Origin: Mobula birostris
Taxonomy: Eukaryota
Assembly (NCBI RefSeq): GCF_030028105.1
Contig: NC_092400.1
Location: forward strand, 13,702,001 to 13,766,000
Length of the DNA: 64,000 nucleotides
Direction: 5' to 3'
A program made the position numbers and the translations under genes. Below, one piece after another: positions 1 through 12,155 of this stretch (the stretch's first letter is position 1; each line of letters starts with the position of its first letter). The notes under the pieces were generated by a model that saw only the letters and a program-made list of their open reading frames with translations, had not been told where the DNA came from and made no database searches.

Positions 1-599
1 GAAAATGGGATAAGGAATATCAAGAAATAAGAAAGAAACACTGGGGTGAACTAGAAACCATTCCTTTAGCTTTGATTTTGAAAACAGATTAATTCTTCCA
101 TCTGCAACTCACGGATATGTCTTTTTAGGTTATACATAGGAATTGAACTTGAGTTTTGAAATCCTTTGTCCACTGTGCTTTGTATTTTGGAAATGGTTTG
201 TGTTTAAGATAGAAACCCTCTGTGAGTTCTAAATGTGGTTTAAGAGTGTTGTTTGGATTTAAATGTCATTAAAAATAAATGAACTGTGTTTTAAACTATT
301 AGCTGGAAGTATCTTCTCCTTGGTTGGGAGGGGGGACCCACCAGTCGAATAGTGGGTATTGGCAACTAAATTTGCCATGGAGAATAAACAGAGAAGTAAA
401 TTAGTCTTTGAAGATTGGATAGTTACAGTATAATCTCCCTTTAGTGAGAGAACTCACATATCAATGGCTATTTATATCTGATAGGATTTAAGGTCTTAGT
501 TTGCATTCAGAACTTTGCGGTCAACAAACCCAAAACCATCACAATACTAGGACTTCAGAAACCAAAAGTTTGGAATGAAGGAGCAAAATCCAAGATGGC

Positions 600-3500
600 C
601 TACTGTCTCCTTGTGCTTGGGTCAAGGATGCCTCTGTGTGCCTTCTGGACGTTCTGAAGGAGGAGGGTGAAGAGTCAGTGGTTGTGATGTATGTTGGTAC
701 CAAAGACCCGGGGGCGGGGGGGGGGTGGGGGGGAGGATGAGGTCTTGCACAGGAATTTAGGGAGCTAACTAGCTATTTAAAGAGCAGGACCTCAAAAGCT
801 GTAATTTCTGGATTGTTTTCAGTGCCATGGGCTAGTGAATGTACAAATAGAAGGATAGGAAGGATAAATGCAATAGGCAAAGTAGGCAGGTGAATACACA
901 TCAGCAAAAATCAAAGCTATTTTACATCTATTTTAAAATAAGGAATCTAACAAATAAAGTGGATAAACTCAAAGCCTTAATTAACACATAGGACTACAAT
1001 ATTGTTGCCTTTACTGAGACAAGGCAATGCAGTAAACCAGTGTATAGAGTTTTCAGATAAGGCAGAGGGGTTGCAAAAGAAGAGATGGTGTTGCACTGTT
1101 AGTCAAGGAATGCAGTATTGAGGGAAGATATCCTTGAAGGTTCCTCAAATGGGGTCATGTGGTTGGGGATTAAGAACAAAAATGATATTATCACTTTGCT
1201 AAGAGTGCATCACAGACCTCCTAGCAGTCACCTGGAGAAACAGATACATAGCTGATTCACAGAGGGATGTAACAGATATTGGATTTCGTACCACAGGATT
1301 TCAATTCCCCAAATATTCCACTAGGATTTCCTTAGTGTAAAATAGATCAGAGGGAGCAAAATTTTGGAAATTTTGATGTGATATGCAGATAGACTAAGAA
1401 AGGAAGAAACATTATTGGATCTCATCTTGGGGAATATATTGGGTCAAGTGGAGAGCAGGTCAGTGGCACAGCATTTTGAAGACAGCAACTGCAACTTGAT
1501 ATACAGCATTTCAAAGTGATTACAGAAAAATATAGGGAGAGGCCAGGAATAAAGGTCTTAAATTGGGGGCAAATTCCTTTAACATTGATAAATTTGTTTA
1601 TTATTGTGACCTGTACCAAGGTAGAGTGAAATGCTTTGTTTTGCATGCCATCTGTACTGATCATTTCAATGCAAAAGTACACTGAAGAGAGAATAACAGA
1701 ATACAGAATGTTATAGTTATAGAGAAAGTGTTGTGCAGCAAAGAATAAGGTGCAAAGCCATATCAAGGTAGTTTGTGAGGATAAGAGTCCACTTTATCAT
1801 ATCAGGGGACTGTTCCCTCCTTGAGCTTGGTGGTATGTGCTTTTAGATAGAACCTGGTAACGACAGACAGGGAGCATTGACTTAAGAGTTCAGTCTACAT
1901 CTGCACAGAGGGAAGCATTCAAAGGAGAAACAGGGTGAAGTTAGGACCAACGTGTCCCCTGTAAGAGTGAAAGCCAAGGGTAAAAAATACAAGGGTGTTG
2001 AGGGGTACTGAAGACTGGATAAGGGGAAAATAGGAACAATATGGCAAGTGTAGAGGATTAATAAGGGGCCAATTATCAAAAGTATAAAAAGTATAAGGGG
2101 TGCTTAAAAAGAAAACCAGGAAGGTAAAGAGGAGTTAAGAAATATCACACGAGAACAGGATTGAGGGAAATCCAAAGATATTTTATAAGTATCTTAAGAT
2201 AAAAAGAATAACTATGGAATGAGTAGGGTAGGGTCCGGTAAGGCCAATTTGTGCATGATGCTGGAAGGTAGAGCAGGATGCTAAATTAATCATTTTAATC
2301 AGTGTTCACAAAAGAAATGTAGGTGGAAGATTTAGTGAAGAAGGAATGGATATACTAGTGCAAATAAAGAGGAGAATCATGATGCCTTAGCGAGCTGAGA
2401 GGTGGATAAATCCTCAGGACTGGGTGGGCTTTATCCCTGGTTGTTAAGGGAGGCAACAGAACAGTTTGCTGGGCTATGACTGAGGTTTTAAAAAACTTTT
2501 TTAGCCACCAGTTAGATACCAGATTACTGCAGGACAAATATGGTCACCCTTTCAAGAAAGACATCAGGGGATAGCCTGATAATTACAGACCTGAAACCCT
2601 ATTATCAGTAGAAGGGAAATTATTGGAAAAAAAAAGACTGAGGAACAGGATTAGTGGTCACTTGGAAAGATAGAGAAAAATCAGAGACAGCCAGCATGGA
2701 TTTGTCAAGGGTATATATTATTTTACCAATCTGATTGAGCTTTTTAAAGAAGTAACAAAGTGTATTGATGAGTATAGTGGTTGACACAGACTTCAGTATG
2801 GTCTTTGACAAGTCCCTGCATGGCAAAAGGTTAGAGTTCATAGATTCCAGGGTAAGTTGGTAAATTAAATCCAAATAAGCTTAGCAATAGGAGATGGGGT
2901 GATAGAAGAACATTATTTTTGGGATTAGATGCCTGTGACTAGTGGTGTTCCACAGGGATTGGCACTGGGAGTCTAGCTGTTTGTAATAAATGTAAATAAT
3001 TTGGATGTGGACGCAGGAGGCTTGATCGGTAAGTCAGCAGAGACGTGGAGTGGATGGTATGAAGAATAATTTTCGGCCACAGGGTGAAATGAGCTCGGAA
3101 ATGGCAGATACACTTGAATCCAGATACATTTTGGGAGTATCAATAAGGATAGGCCATATACTGTGAATGTTAGAGCTCTAGGGAGTTTTGAGGAGCAGAG
3201 GAACCTTGATATACAAGTCCATAAATTCTTGAAAGTGACAGTGCAGGTAGATTACATGGTTAAGGCAGCATATGGAGTGCTGGCTTCTTTAGTCAGGGCA
3301 ATGAATACACAAGGCAGGAGGATATGCTCCAACGTTATAAAACATTGGCCAGATCTCAGCTAGATTACTGCATGCAGTTTTGGTCACTATAGGAAAGATG
3401 TGATAGTGCTGGAGAGGCTGAAGATGAGATTCACCACGATGTTGCCTGGGGTGAAGCAGTTCATTTATGAGGAAAGAGTGCAGAAGTTATGTCTGTTTTA

Positions 3501-3850
3501 CCTGGAGTGGACATGGTTAAGCAGGGACATGACTGTGGTATATAAAATTATGAGGGGTATTAATAGTGTTTACCGTAGGAAACCATTCTCCATATCACAT
3601 AGCGATAAAACTCGAGGGCACATTTGGGGTAAGTGGTAAGAGATTTAGAAAGCATCTAAGGAGTAGCTTTCCACCCAGGGATAGCTAGAAAACACTGCCT
3701 TGCAAAGTGGTGGAAGAAGAGTTGCTGGCAGCACTTAAAAACTGTCCAGATAAGGATTTGTAAATGCTTGGGCACAGAAAGCAATGGGCCAAGTGCTGGA
3801 AGATTGGATTAATAATGAGATTGGTCCCCTTGGTCATCGTGAATATGGTG
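600..3850 (+). mobile_element. Highly decayed CR1-type LINE (ORF1 esterase-like remnant, endonuclease and RT remnants, 3' tail)
   Basis: CR1-like segments such as 'gataattacagacc', 'cagccagcatggatttgtcaaggg' and 'actagtggtgttccacagggattggcactggg'. ORFs 3163-3363 and 3400-3639 (LERLKMRFTTMLPG...RDMTVVYKIMRG) match the CR1 ORF2 C-terminus. Many stops and frameshifts; boundaries approximate. Confidence 0.8.
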
Positions 3851-4150
3851 GATTGAATGGCCTGTTTTCAGGTGGTATGAGTCTTAAGGTATGGGTGTTT
3901 GAGTTGGTGAATCAATAAAACAGCATCAATAAAGAAATATCTATGTATCTAACAATCTTACTAAATTATTGACTGCAAATATGTTCAAAGAAAAGGTCAT
4001 CTGCAACTAATTTTGCAGAAAATGCGTCTTGGTACTTAAACATTGCCATCCTTAGAGATAAAAAGGAACAGAATTGTTATGCACAGTACACATCCTTCCC
4101 TTGATATCAGACACATAACTCTGCCAAAACTAATAAGTTTTGATATTTAC

Positions 4151-4239
4151 CTCTACGTTGTTACAGGAGACCGTTCTTTGATTAGAAAGATGTGTTATCT
4201 TCCTTTCACTAACTGCACTACATACTGATCTTATCCCTC
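4151..4239 (-). other. Candidate internal exon of TPCN1 (unconfirmed)
   Basis: Minus-strand acceptor ttcactttcag and donor GAG|gtaaat bound 89 nt. These are open in the phase-1 frame left by the TPCN1 first coding exon (RGIRSVCSAVSERKITHLSNQRTVSCNNVE). No recognisable homology. Confidence 0.3.
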
Positions 4240-4719
4240 CTGAAAGTGAAGGGATTTTTTTTCATTAGGCCTACAAATGTCATTGTTCAAAAAAAACAAA
4301 TTATAATGTAAATGAGACAACAGGAAATAAAGGTTTCACAATAACTAATCTGTAAAGGCAAGAGGTGCAACACTTGATAAAGTTTATTAATACCAAAGAA
4401 GATATTTAGAGAATATAGTGATTATAAAATTATATATACCTAAATAGATAAACATTAGCAATTTCAAGTCATTTTTCTTTTTATTTATTCATTTTCAGGA
4501 AGTGAATATCTATGACAATACACATTCATAACCACCTTTGAAAAGGTTGTTGAACTTCCAGTAAAGGGACTGCTACAATCTGAATTTTAAAATCAGGATG
4601 GTGTGTGTCTTGGAGAGAAATCTTAAGGTGATAATATTCGCTGTGCCTGTTGCCCTGTCCTTAGTGGCAGAAACTGCAACTTTTGAAGGCGTTGTCAGCG
4701 TAGTCGATGTGAGGCTCTG

Positions 4720-5735
4720 CATTGCATTTCTGAGCATTGGTGTTTCCATACCAGGCCATGATGCAATCAGTCAGGGCACTCTCCACTCTGCATCTATAGA
4801 GATCTGTCAAAATTTCAGGTGACATGCCAAATCTACACAAACTTCAAAGAAAGTAGAAGTGCAGTCATGCCTGTTTTTTTTTGTGATGGCACCTTTGTGC
4901 TAGTTCCAGGGCAGAGCCTCTGATACAGTAATGCCAAGGAATTTAAAGTTAATGACCTTCTCCACCTCCACTCCCCTGATGAGGACTGGTTCATGGACCT
5001 TTGGCTTCTTCTACTGTAATCAATAACCAACTCTTTGATTTTGCTGATGTTGAGTGAGAAGATATTGCTGTGGCATCATTCAACCAGATTCCCATTCTCC
5101 TTCCTATAAATTGATTCGCCAGCTTTTGATTTGGCCAACAACAAACTTAAATATAGCATTGGAGCTGTACTTAACCACACATTCATAGTATAAAGCGATC
5201 AGAACAGGGGGCTAATCACACAGCCTAGTGGTGTGCCTGTAGTGATGTTGATTCTGGAGGAGATATTGTTACCAATCCATACTGACTGGAGTCTGCAGTG
5301 AGGAAATTGAGGATCCATTTGTACAGGAAGGTATCAAGGCCTAGGACTTGGAGCTTAGTAATGAGTTTTGAGGGGATGATAGTATTGAATGCAGAGCTGT
5401 AGTCAATGAAGAGCATCCTGATGTATGCATCTTCCTTATCCAGATGTTCCAGAGCTGAGTGAAGAGCTAATGGAGTGGTATCTGCTGTTGACCTATTGGG
5501 ACGATAGGCAAATTGAAGAGGTTCCAAGTCTCTGCTCAGACAATAGTTGATATGCTTCATGACCAATCTCTCAAAGGACTTCATCACTGTGGATGGAATG
5601 CTGCAGGACAATGGTCATTAAGGCAGGTTACCCCATTGGGTACCAGTAGGATTGAAGCCTGCTTGAAGTAAGTAGATACCTCACACTGCCAAAGCAAGAG
5701 GTTGAAGATGTCTTTAAACACTCCAGCCAGTTCTG
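4720..5735 (-). mobile_element. Rex1/Babar-type non-LTR retrotransposon RT fragment
   Basis: ORF 5225-5611 VMKSFERLV...[13 protein letters not shown]...[21 protein letters not shown] is typical of Rex1-clade RT; degenerate downstream. Confidence 0.8.
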
Positions 5736-5808
5736 CACTTTTCATTGGATTTATTTATTTTTGTTAGATTAAGCTCCTGAAAGCATTTATGGGATATTTT
5801 AATACATT

Positions 5809-5898
5809 AAGTGAACTACATAAATAGGTCTGTGTTTGGAATTTCATTTTCACAAGTGAACTACATAAATAGGTCTGTGTTTGGAATTTCATTTTCAC
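5809..5898. repeat. Perfect 45-bp tandem duplication
   Basis: aagtgaactacataaataggtctgtgtttggaatttcattttcac at 5809-5853 and again at 5854-5898. Confidence 0.95.
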
Positions 5899-7162
5899 TT
5901 ATGAGCCTAAAGTCACACAAATCAATTTTTAGGAACAGCTTTTTCCCCTCCACCATCTGATATCTGAACAATCTATGAGCCCACGAAAGTGGTGAAAGCT
6001 ATCGGCCTGAAGGTATTTAAAAATTAGATGAATTTTTGAAAGATCAGAGATCCAAGGGCTATGGACATCTGGCCGAAGAGGAGTTGAGGCCTGCAGGAGT
6101 TGATAGCTTACTCTTGCTCTTAGTTTTCTTGTAATCTTGTGCTCTGTCATTATATTTATTTCCAGCATCTTATTATGCAAAGGAATATTGAGTGACATTA
6201 GTAAGACTTCAAGATAGCAGCAGGGACCAACACGACCAATGGTAACATCCTGCAGACAGCTCACAGAATGACTTTGTCTTCTTCTTTTAAGTATGCTTCT
6301 TCTGCAATCGATTGCTGCCTGGAAGTTCCATTTTGTTGTATTTTTGGGCCGACTGAGCGTTCTGGCACTTTTGCTGCCTCCCAGAGAACTCAGTGAGGTT
6401 GAGAGCGGAGTGTGTGACCACCATTTCTTAATGGCAGAACATGAACCCATGGTCGGCTCCATCACTCCTTGCTGATTAAAGCATTGAGCAAGATTGAAAT
6501 CGATGAGGACGAGAGCGTAAGACGAATGGGTGATGAGTGCCACCTGCCTGTGTTTGATTGGTCTCTCCCTTGCTGCTGCTGGAAGAGGGTGCAGGTTCAA
6601 TCACCTCGATGGTGTGGCTTGTGGTTTTTTTGGGGGACTTTGCGGTTTGATATTTAATGTCCTCAGTACTGAACGTGTTCCACGGTCGTGCAATCATCTT
6701 TGGAGAACTCTGCGATTCATGTTCCATGTCTTTCTGGTTACTTCTTTTTGCCATTTGCATGATTTGATCAAGGTGGTTTCACACGGAACTGGCTCTGTGC
6801 CTGAGGCCTGCAGTCATTGCAAGACAGCGACTATACTTCATTAGGAGTTTGAAGAGATTTAGTAGGTCAACAAATACACTCAAAAACATCTATAGATGTA
6901 CTGTGGAAAGCATTCTGACAGGCTGCATCACTGTCTAGTATGGGGGGGAGGGGGGCTACTGCACAGGGCCGAAAGAAGCTGCAGAGAGTTGAAAATTTAG
7001 TCGGCTCCATCTTGGGTACTAGCCTACAAAGTACCCAGGACATCTTCAAGGAGCGGTGCCTCAGAAAGGCAGCATCCATTAACGACGTCCAGCACCCAGG
7101 GCATGCCTTTTTCTCATTGTTACCATCAGGTTGGAGCTATAGAAGCCTGAAGGCACCTACTT

Positions 7163-7871
7163 CAGACATCCCACCTCTTCTGGAAGTTCCGGGAGTCTCC
7201 CTCATATTAATAGTGGCTCCCTAATGCCCGCAAATTATATACAGTATCACTGAACTCAATTTTTTTGAGAGCAAGCGAGAGAAAGCAAGAGACAGCGCGA
7301 GAGCGACCACGAGAGAGAGCGCGCGCGAGAGAGCGAGAGCAAGCGAGAGAGAGCGAGAGCAAGCAATCGAGCAAGAGAATGTGAGAGAGCACGAGTGAGA
7401 GAGTGAGAGCGAGTGAGAGAGCGCGAGAGAAAGCAAGCGACAGTGTGCGAGCGAGAGCGAAAGCGCGCGAGCCAGAGCGAAAGCAAGCGAAAGCGCTTGA
7501 CAGCACGCGAGCAATGAGAGAGAGAGCGCGCTGTGGCAGAGTGTTCCAAAGACAATATAAAACGTACGTCACCCCAGACTACCCTAAAGTGTACCCCTGC
7601 CTAATAGGGGTCACAATAATGACAGTGTTGCTCGCTGCACTGTTTCCAACAGTGACTTTTCTACTGCCCATGGTGGGTTAAGACTGTAAAAGACATGTTG
7701 AGGTGAGTTTAACAGGTGTCATTCGTTCATTAGCATAGCTAACGTTAATTAAATTAGCTGGCCAGCTGCTAAGGAACTACTCTATTGCAGACATCCCACC
7801 TCTCCCGGGAGTCTCCCGCAAATTGATGGTGCTCCCTCACTGAAATGAGTTTTTGCAAGGTGGGATGTCTG
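7163..7871. mobile_element. Non-autonomous DNA transposon with 14-bp TIRs and an internal GA/GC low-complexity tract
   Basis: Left CAGACATCCCACCT (7163) and right AGGTGGGATGTCTG (ends 7871) are perfect inverted repeats. Flanks ctactt/ctactc. An extra TIR-like copy sits at 7788. Confidence 0.75.
7268..7530. repeat. Degenerate (GA)n/(GC)n microsatellite-like tract
   Basis: Runs of gagagagc, gcgaga and gcaagc; the source of several spurious ORFs. Confidence 0.9.
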
Positions 7872-10193
7872 CTACTCAGCGATTCAGGAACAGCTTCTTC
7901 CCCTCTTCCATCCGATTCCTAAATGGACATTGAACCCTTGAACACTACCTCACTTTTTAAATATATATTATTTCTATTTTTTACACGATTTTTAATTTAT
8001 TCAATATGTGGATCCTGTAATTTATTGTTCTTTTTCTTCTTCCGTATTATGTATTGCATTGAACTGCCGCTGCAGATTTAACAAATTTCACAACACATGC
8101 CGATGATAATAAACCTGATTCTGATTCATTGACAGAGCATTAAATTGAACTGCCTTGGTGGCTGGCACTCCTCGGCCGTATCAGGGATTCTGCGGTTTGA
8201 CGTTTAATACTCTGCATGTTATTTGCTTGCTTTTGCTGTTTGTGCGATTTGTTCTTTTTCTTGCACGGTGGGTGTTTGATGTCTTCTTCAAATGGTTCAC
8301 AGTGTTTCTTTGTTATATGCTGCCTGTGGGAGGACGAATTTCAGGGCTGTGTACTGTATACATACTGTGATTATAAATGTACTTTAAAACTTTGAAACCT
8401 TGATACCAGGTCACAAGTTGTTTATTGTTTGGGGAAGGCATGGAAAGCGATAGTGACAGGATGATTGAGAGAAGGGATTAGGAAGGAAAGGGACATAAAA
8501 AGATAAAGGGATTGAAAGTGCTTTGAATTAGAAAATATATTGCGGTGTCAGTGAAATGCTTAATTTAGAACATGTTTTGTTTCTCTAAAAATGCCTATTA
8601 ATCATACTAAAGGTATGATTTCTCCACAGTTTTGCAGAGCTGATTATGATTTGTTTACTATTGCTTTGAGCTTATCCTTGTATTGTTAAATATCAAAATA
8701 GTAAACAATACAACTTCTAATATCACATAAACAGTCACTCTAATATCAATCACTCCTGCAGATACACAATGGGAGAGGATGAGAGTTTCACAAACAGATA
8801 TCATCACCCTGTACAAAATGTACATTTTTTTAATATATACATAGAGGACATCTAGACTTTCATTGATAAAGCTAACTAAATAACAAAGAGGAAAATCATG
8901 CTACTTATAGCAAGCACAGCTAAAAATATTTAAGAATTTACTTCAGGAAATGTTTTGCTTTTTCTGATGAAACTTATGACAAATTGACATAAAATTTGCA
9001 ACATTATAACATCAGGAAGATACTAATTAAATACAAAAATACTAATCTTATCCTTTAAAAGATACAAAAATAGTTTTTCTAGGGCTGTGACTGTCCTGTA
9101 AACTGAAATATGAATATACTAAAATTACTGAGTGATGAAACTATCACGAGCAGTATTATGCAGTGACAGAAACTAAACAATAACTCTGACACTGATGCCA
9201 AATTTGAGTTTTGCCAGAAGCACTCAACTTAGACGTCAACATATCCTTGAAATAAACACTGAACCAAAAGGTGAATTTCAGAGGTGAGGCCAGAATGGCT
9301 GCCACTGACATCAAGAATGTATTTGACATCAAGGCATATGATATAACTGAAGTCACTGGGCATCAAAGAGAAAACAATTCAATGGCTGCAGTCATAGCTC
9401 ACTAATGCATGCAACATTTGATTTACTGCGATTAACTCTCTCCTTCTCCTATTCTGCATCCATATGAATTCTCAAAAGTGCAAGGCAATGGAATCTGCAA
9501 CAAGACAGAATCCAATCATCTACCCTTAATATTCAATGGCACAATCATTAGCAAATCTCCATCAACATCTAGAGCGTCACCATATACCAGAGACCACAGG
9601 ACCAGTCACATAAATAAGGGCAGGTTGTAGGCTGAATATACTATGACTCAGCTACTGTAACAGGAATTTGTGTTCTAAATTTACTTTGAACTTTGAATGC
9701 CATGGAAAGTTCTGCACTTGTCTGGAATAGTGCAGCACCAGCAACTCTATACTAGAACAGAGAGGCCTGCCTGAATGATATCCCATCAACCACTTGAAAC
9801 ACTCATTCTCTCCACTTCCATGGTACACTGGCTGAAGTGAATGTTAATTACAAATGCATTGGAGCTATTCTGCTAGCCTATGGTCTCTGCCAAGAATGAC
9901 AAGGTCTGTAGACGTGGGAACAGCTTTACCTTCAAATTACCCTCCAAGTATACATCCTCCCAAATTGAAAATTTAATCCTGGAATCTGGATCTAAATCCT
10001 GAAATTTCCCACTCATTGGCAAAAGGACCATAGTAGTTATTACAGACAATTAGGAATAGGCCATAAACGCTGGCTTTGCTGGCATCATCCAGTTCCCAAA
10101 AATAAAGAAAAACAAACATTTATATCACAAGTCATGTTATTCCAATTACTCAATATTAGTACATAACTGACTATCATTAATCTAAACCTCTGC

Positions 10194-10345
10194 TATCTCC
10201 CCCTCCCCCTCCAACTTTCAAATCCCTTACTCACTTTTCCTTCAGTTAGTCCTGACGAAGGGTCTCGGCCTGAAACGTCGACTGCACCTCTTCCTAGAGA
10301 TGCTGCCTGGCCTGCTGCATTCACCAGCAACTTTGATGTGTGTTG
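10194..10345 (+). mobile_element. Short Penelope-derived insertion (pseudo-LTR fragment)
   Basis: Reverse complement of the 17790-17935 segment, which adjoins a GIY-YIG-type PLE C-terminus; flanked by the direct repeat ctctgc. Confidence 0.75.
10248..10283 (+). ncRNA. Minimal type I hammerhead ribozyme motif (PLE-associated)
   Basis: AGTC-CTGACGA-A-GGGT-CTCG-GCCT-GAAA-CGTC-GACT: helix I AGUC/GACU, core CUGANGA and GAAA, short helix II, palindromic ACGU in place of helix III, GUC cleavage triplet. Confidence 0.65.
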
Positions 10346-10405
10346 CTCTGCACTTTTAATGCAGATTGCAACCAATTCATGTGCAATGCCAGTAAGCCCT
10401 TAAAC

Positions 10406-10603
10406 CAGGGGTGGCCAACCTTTTACATTCCGTGCTTCAATTTTTTCCACTCACAAGTTCAGATGCGCCATACAACTCTTGTATCCCCATTCAATTCTTA
10501 TAAAAATATGTTAATATAGAACTCGTACATGGAAAAAAAAATCACATCTGAACTCCAGCGTGAAAAAATTGACGCATGGAATGTAAAAGATTGGCCACCT
10601 CTG
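10406..10603. mobile_element. hAT-type MITE
   Basis: TIRs CAGGGGTGGCCAACCTTTTA / TAAAAGATTGGCCACCTCTG; perfect 8-bp TSD ccttaaac at 10398-10405 and 10604-10611. Confidence 0.85.
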
Positions 10604-12155
10604 CCTTAAACTGAGTCCTTCCCCACAGATTCTTTGCAGTGACTGGACTAAGCTTTAGTGAGTCTTTCTGCACGCAGTCCTAGATTTTAGAGTGTGCCAG
10701 TCAGAAATTTAACCATGAAAACAAGAAAGTCTGCAGATGCTGTAAATCCAAAGTAACACACACAAAATGCTGGAGAAACAAAGCAGGTCAAGCGGCATCT
10801 GTGGAAATGAATGAACAGCTGATGTTTCGGGCTGAGACCCTTCTTCAAGACTGAAGAAATTAAATCCTGCAGTGCATATTAATAATGAGCTTTTTAATAT
10901 AATTTCTCAGCTCTTATACCTTCCAACACTAAATCCAGCTCCCAGAAGATTTAACTCGGCAGCAAAACCAACACTGTTCCTCTGCTCATGCCTCATGTTA
11001 ACTTTGTAGCTGAGTGTTCGTATCATCAAGGGAACCTAACTTGCATAGTTAAAGGAAGATACTTCTGGCTTCAGATGGACGCCTATATTATCACAATTTT
11101 AATTGAACTGTTGGAAACCGGTGTGTGTGATACTGACAGCTGGACGTTAAAATGTAGCCCACAAGCTCAGGGGGAAATTGATAAAGAATGTAATGACTAG
11201 ACCCAGCTTCTTAATTCATATTTAGCATAATATTTTCCATGTTCTAAAGTGCCATTTTACAGTCACCAGAAGGGACTGCCACTTTATTTTTGATATAATA
11301 TTGGGTTTATTTTTCTTTGCAGTATCTAGATACACTTAGATATGAGAATTAAAATACACTGATGACGCAGAGTAGTAAATTTTAAAAAAAATTACGAGAA
11401 AAATTACAGACGACTCAAGGTTGTCAGTGTATTAATCTTTGCCATGCCATCACTCCAAATATCCATGGCTGTTGGTCCCCCCAAATTTTCTAACATAAAA
11501 TTTCAATCATTTCATGGCAAACTCCCTCCTTATCCTGTAACCTTTTCTAGTTAGCAGCTAGCCAAAAATTCTGCATCTCTATTGCATCATGAAATCTCCT
11601 TGTCAATGTTAGAATAAATTTCGTTAAGCTAACATTGACGTCTCCAACTTCCATTACCTAAGTTTTCAAGTGTCCCATCTTTTTCCACCTTTCTCCTCCT
11701 ACTTTGACAAAGCTATTAATTACTATTTTTAATATCTTTAGCTTTGTCCTGGTGCCACTTTTTTATCCAATATATCTTTGTGAAGTGTCATAATTGTTCT
11801 CTACATTAAAATTGTTATGGAAATATTAATGCTATTTTTCAGAAAGACACATTTAGGTAATGGAATGGGATGACAGGCAGGTGCAATTTAGTGTGGTTAG
11901 CTGTGAGAATATAACTTGGAAGAAAAACATAGACATAAATAGGAAGATACTTCAGGATGTAAGTCAGAGACACCTAAGTGACAAATACTTAATTCCCTGA
12001 AATACTGATTGCAGACTGATAAAACTAATAAAATGGCAAATAAAATTCATAGTTTTATAAATTAAAATAATGTAAATACACAAAAAAATTAGAGTATCCT
12101 GAAAAGATGAGGAAAAACACGAGTGTAAGATGTTAAAAACACTGAGAACTTGAAC

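Larger units (their letters stand above)
6835..8130 (+). mobile_element. Rex1-like LINE 3' fragment, interrupted by a TIR element
   Basis: YRCTVESILTGCITV..., RKKLQRV...RCLRKAASI...HPGHAFFSLLPSG in ORF 6940-7224. The element resumes at 7872 ('ctcagcgattcaggaacagcttcttccc') and ends in an 'aataaacctgattctgattc' tail. Confidence 0.75.

Noticed and set aside
711-733. Long G run as a functional G-quadruplex
   Set aside because: It lies inside a decayed CR1 and looks like a homopolymer expansion; there is no other support.
5929-6844. Cluster of overlapping ORFs up to 223 aa
   Set aside because: No recognisable domain or splice context; the sequence looks like repeat-derived non-coding DNA.
7207-7681. 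Ala/Leu/Ser/Arg-rich ORFs on both strands
   Set aside because: Translation artefacts of the GA/GC low-complexity tract.
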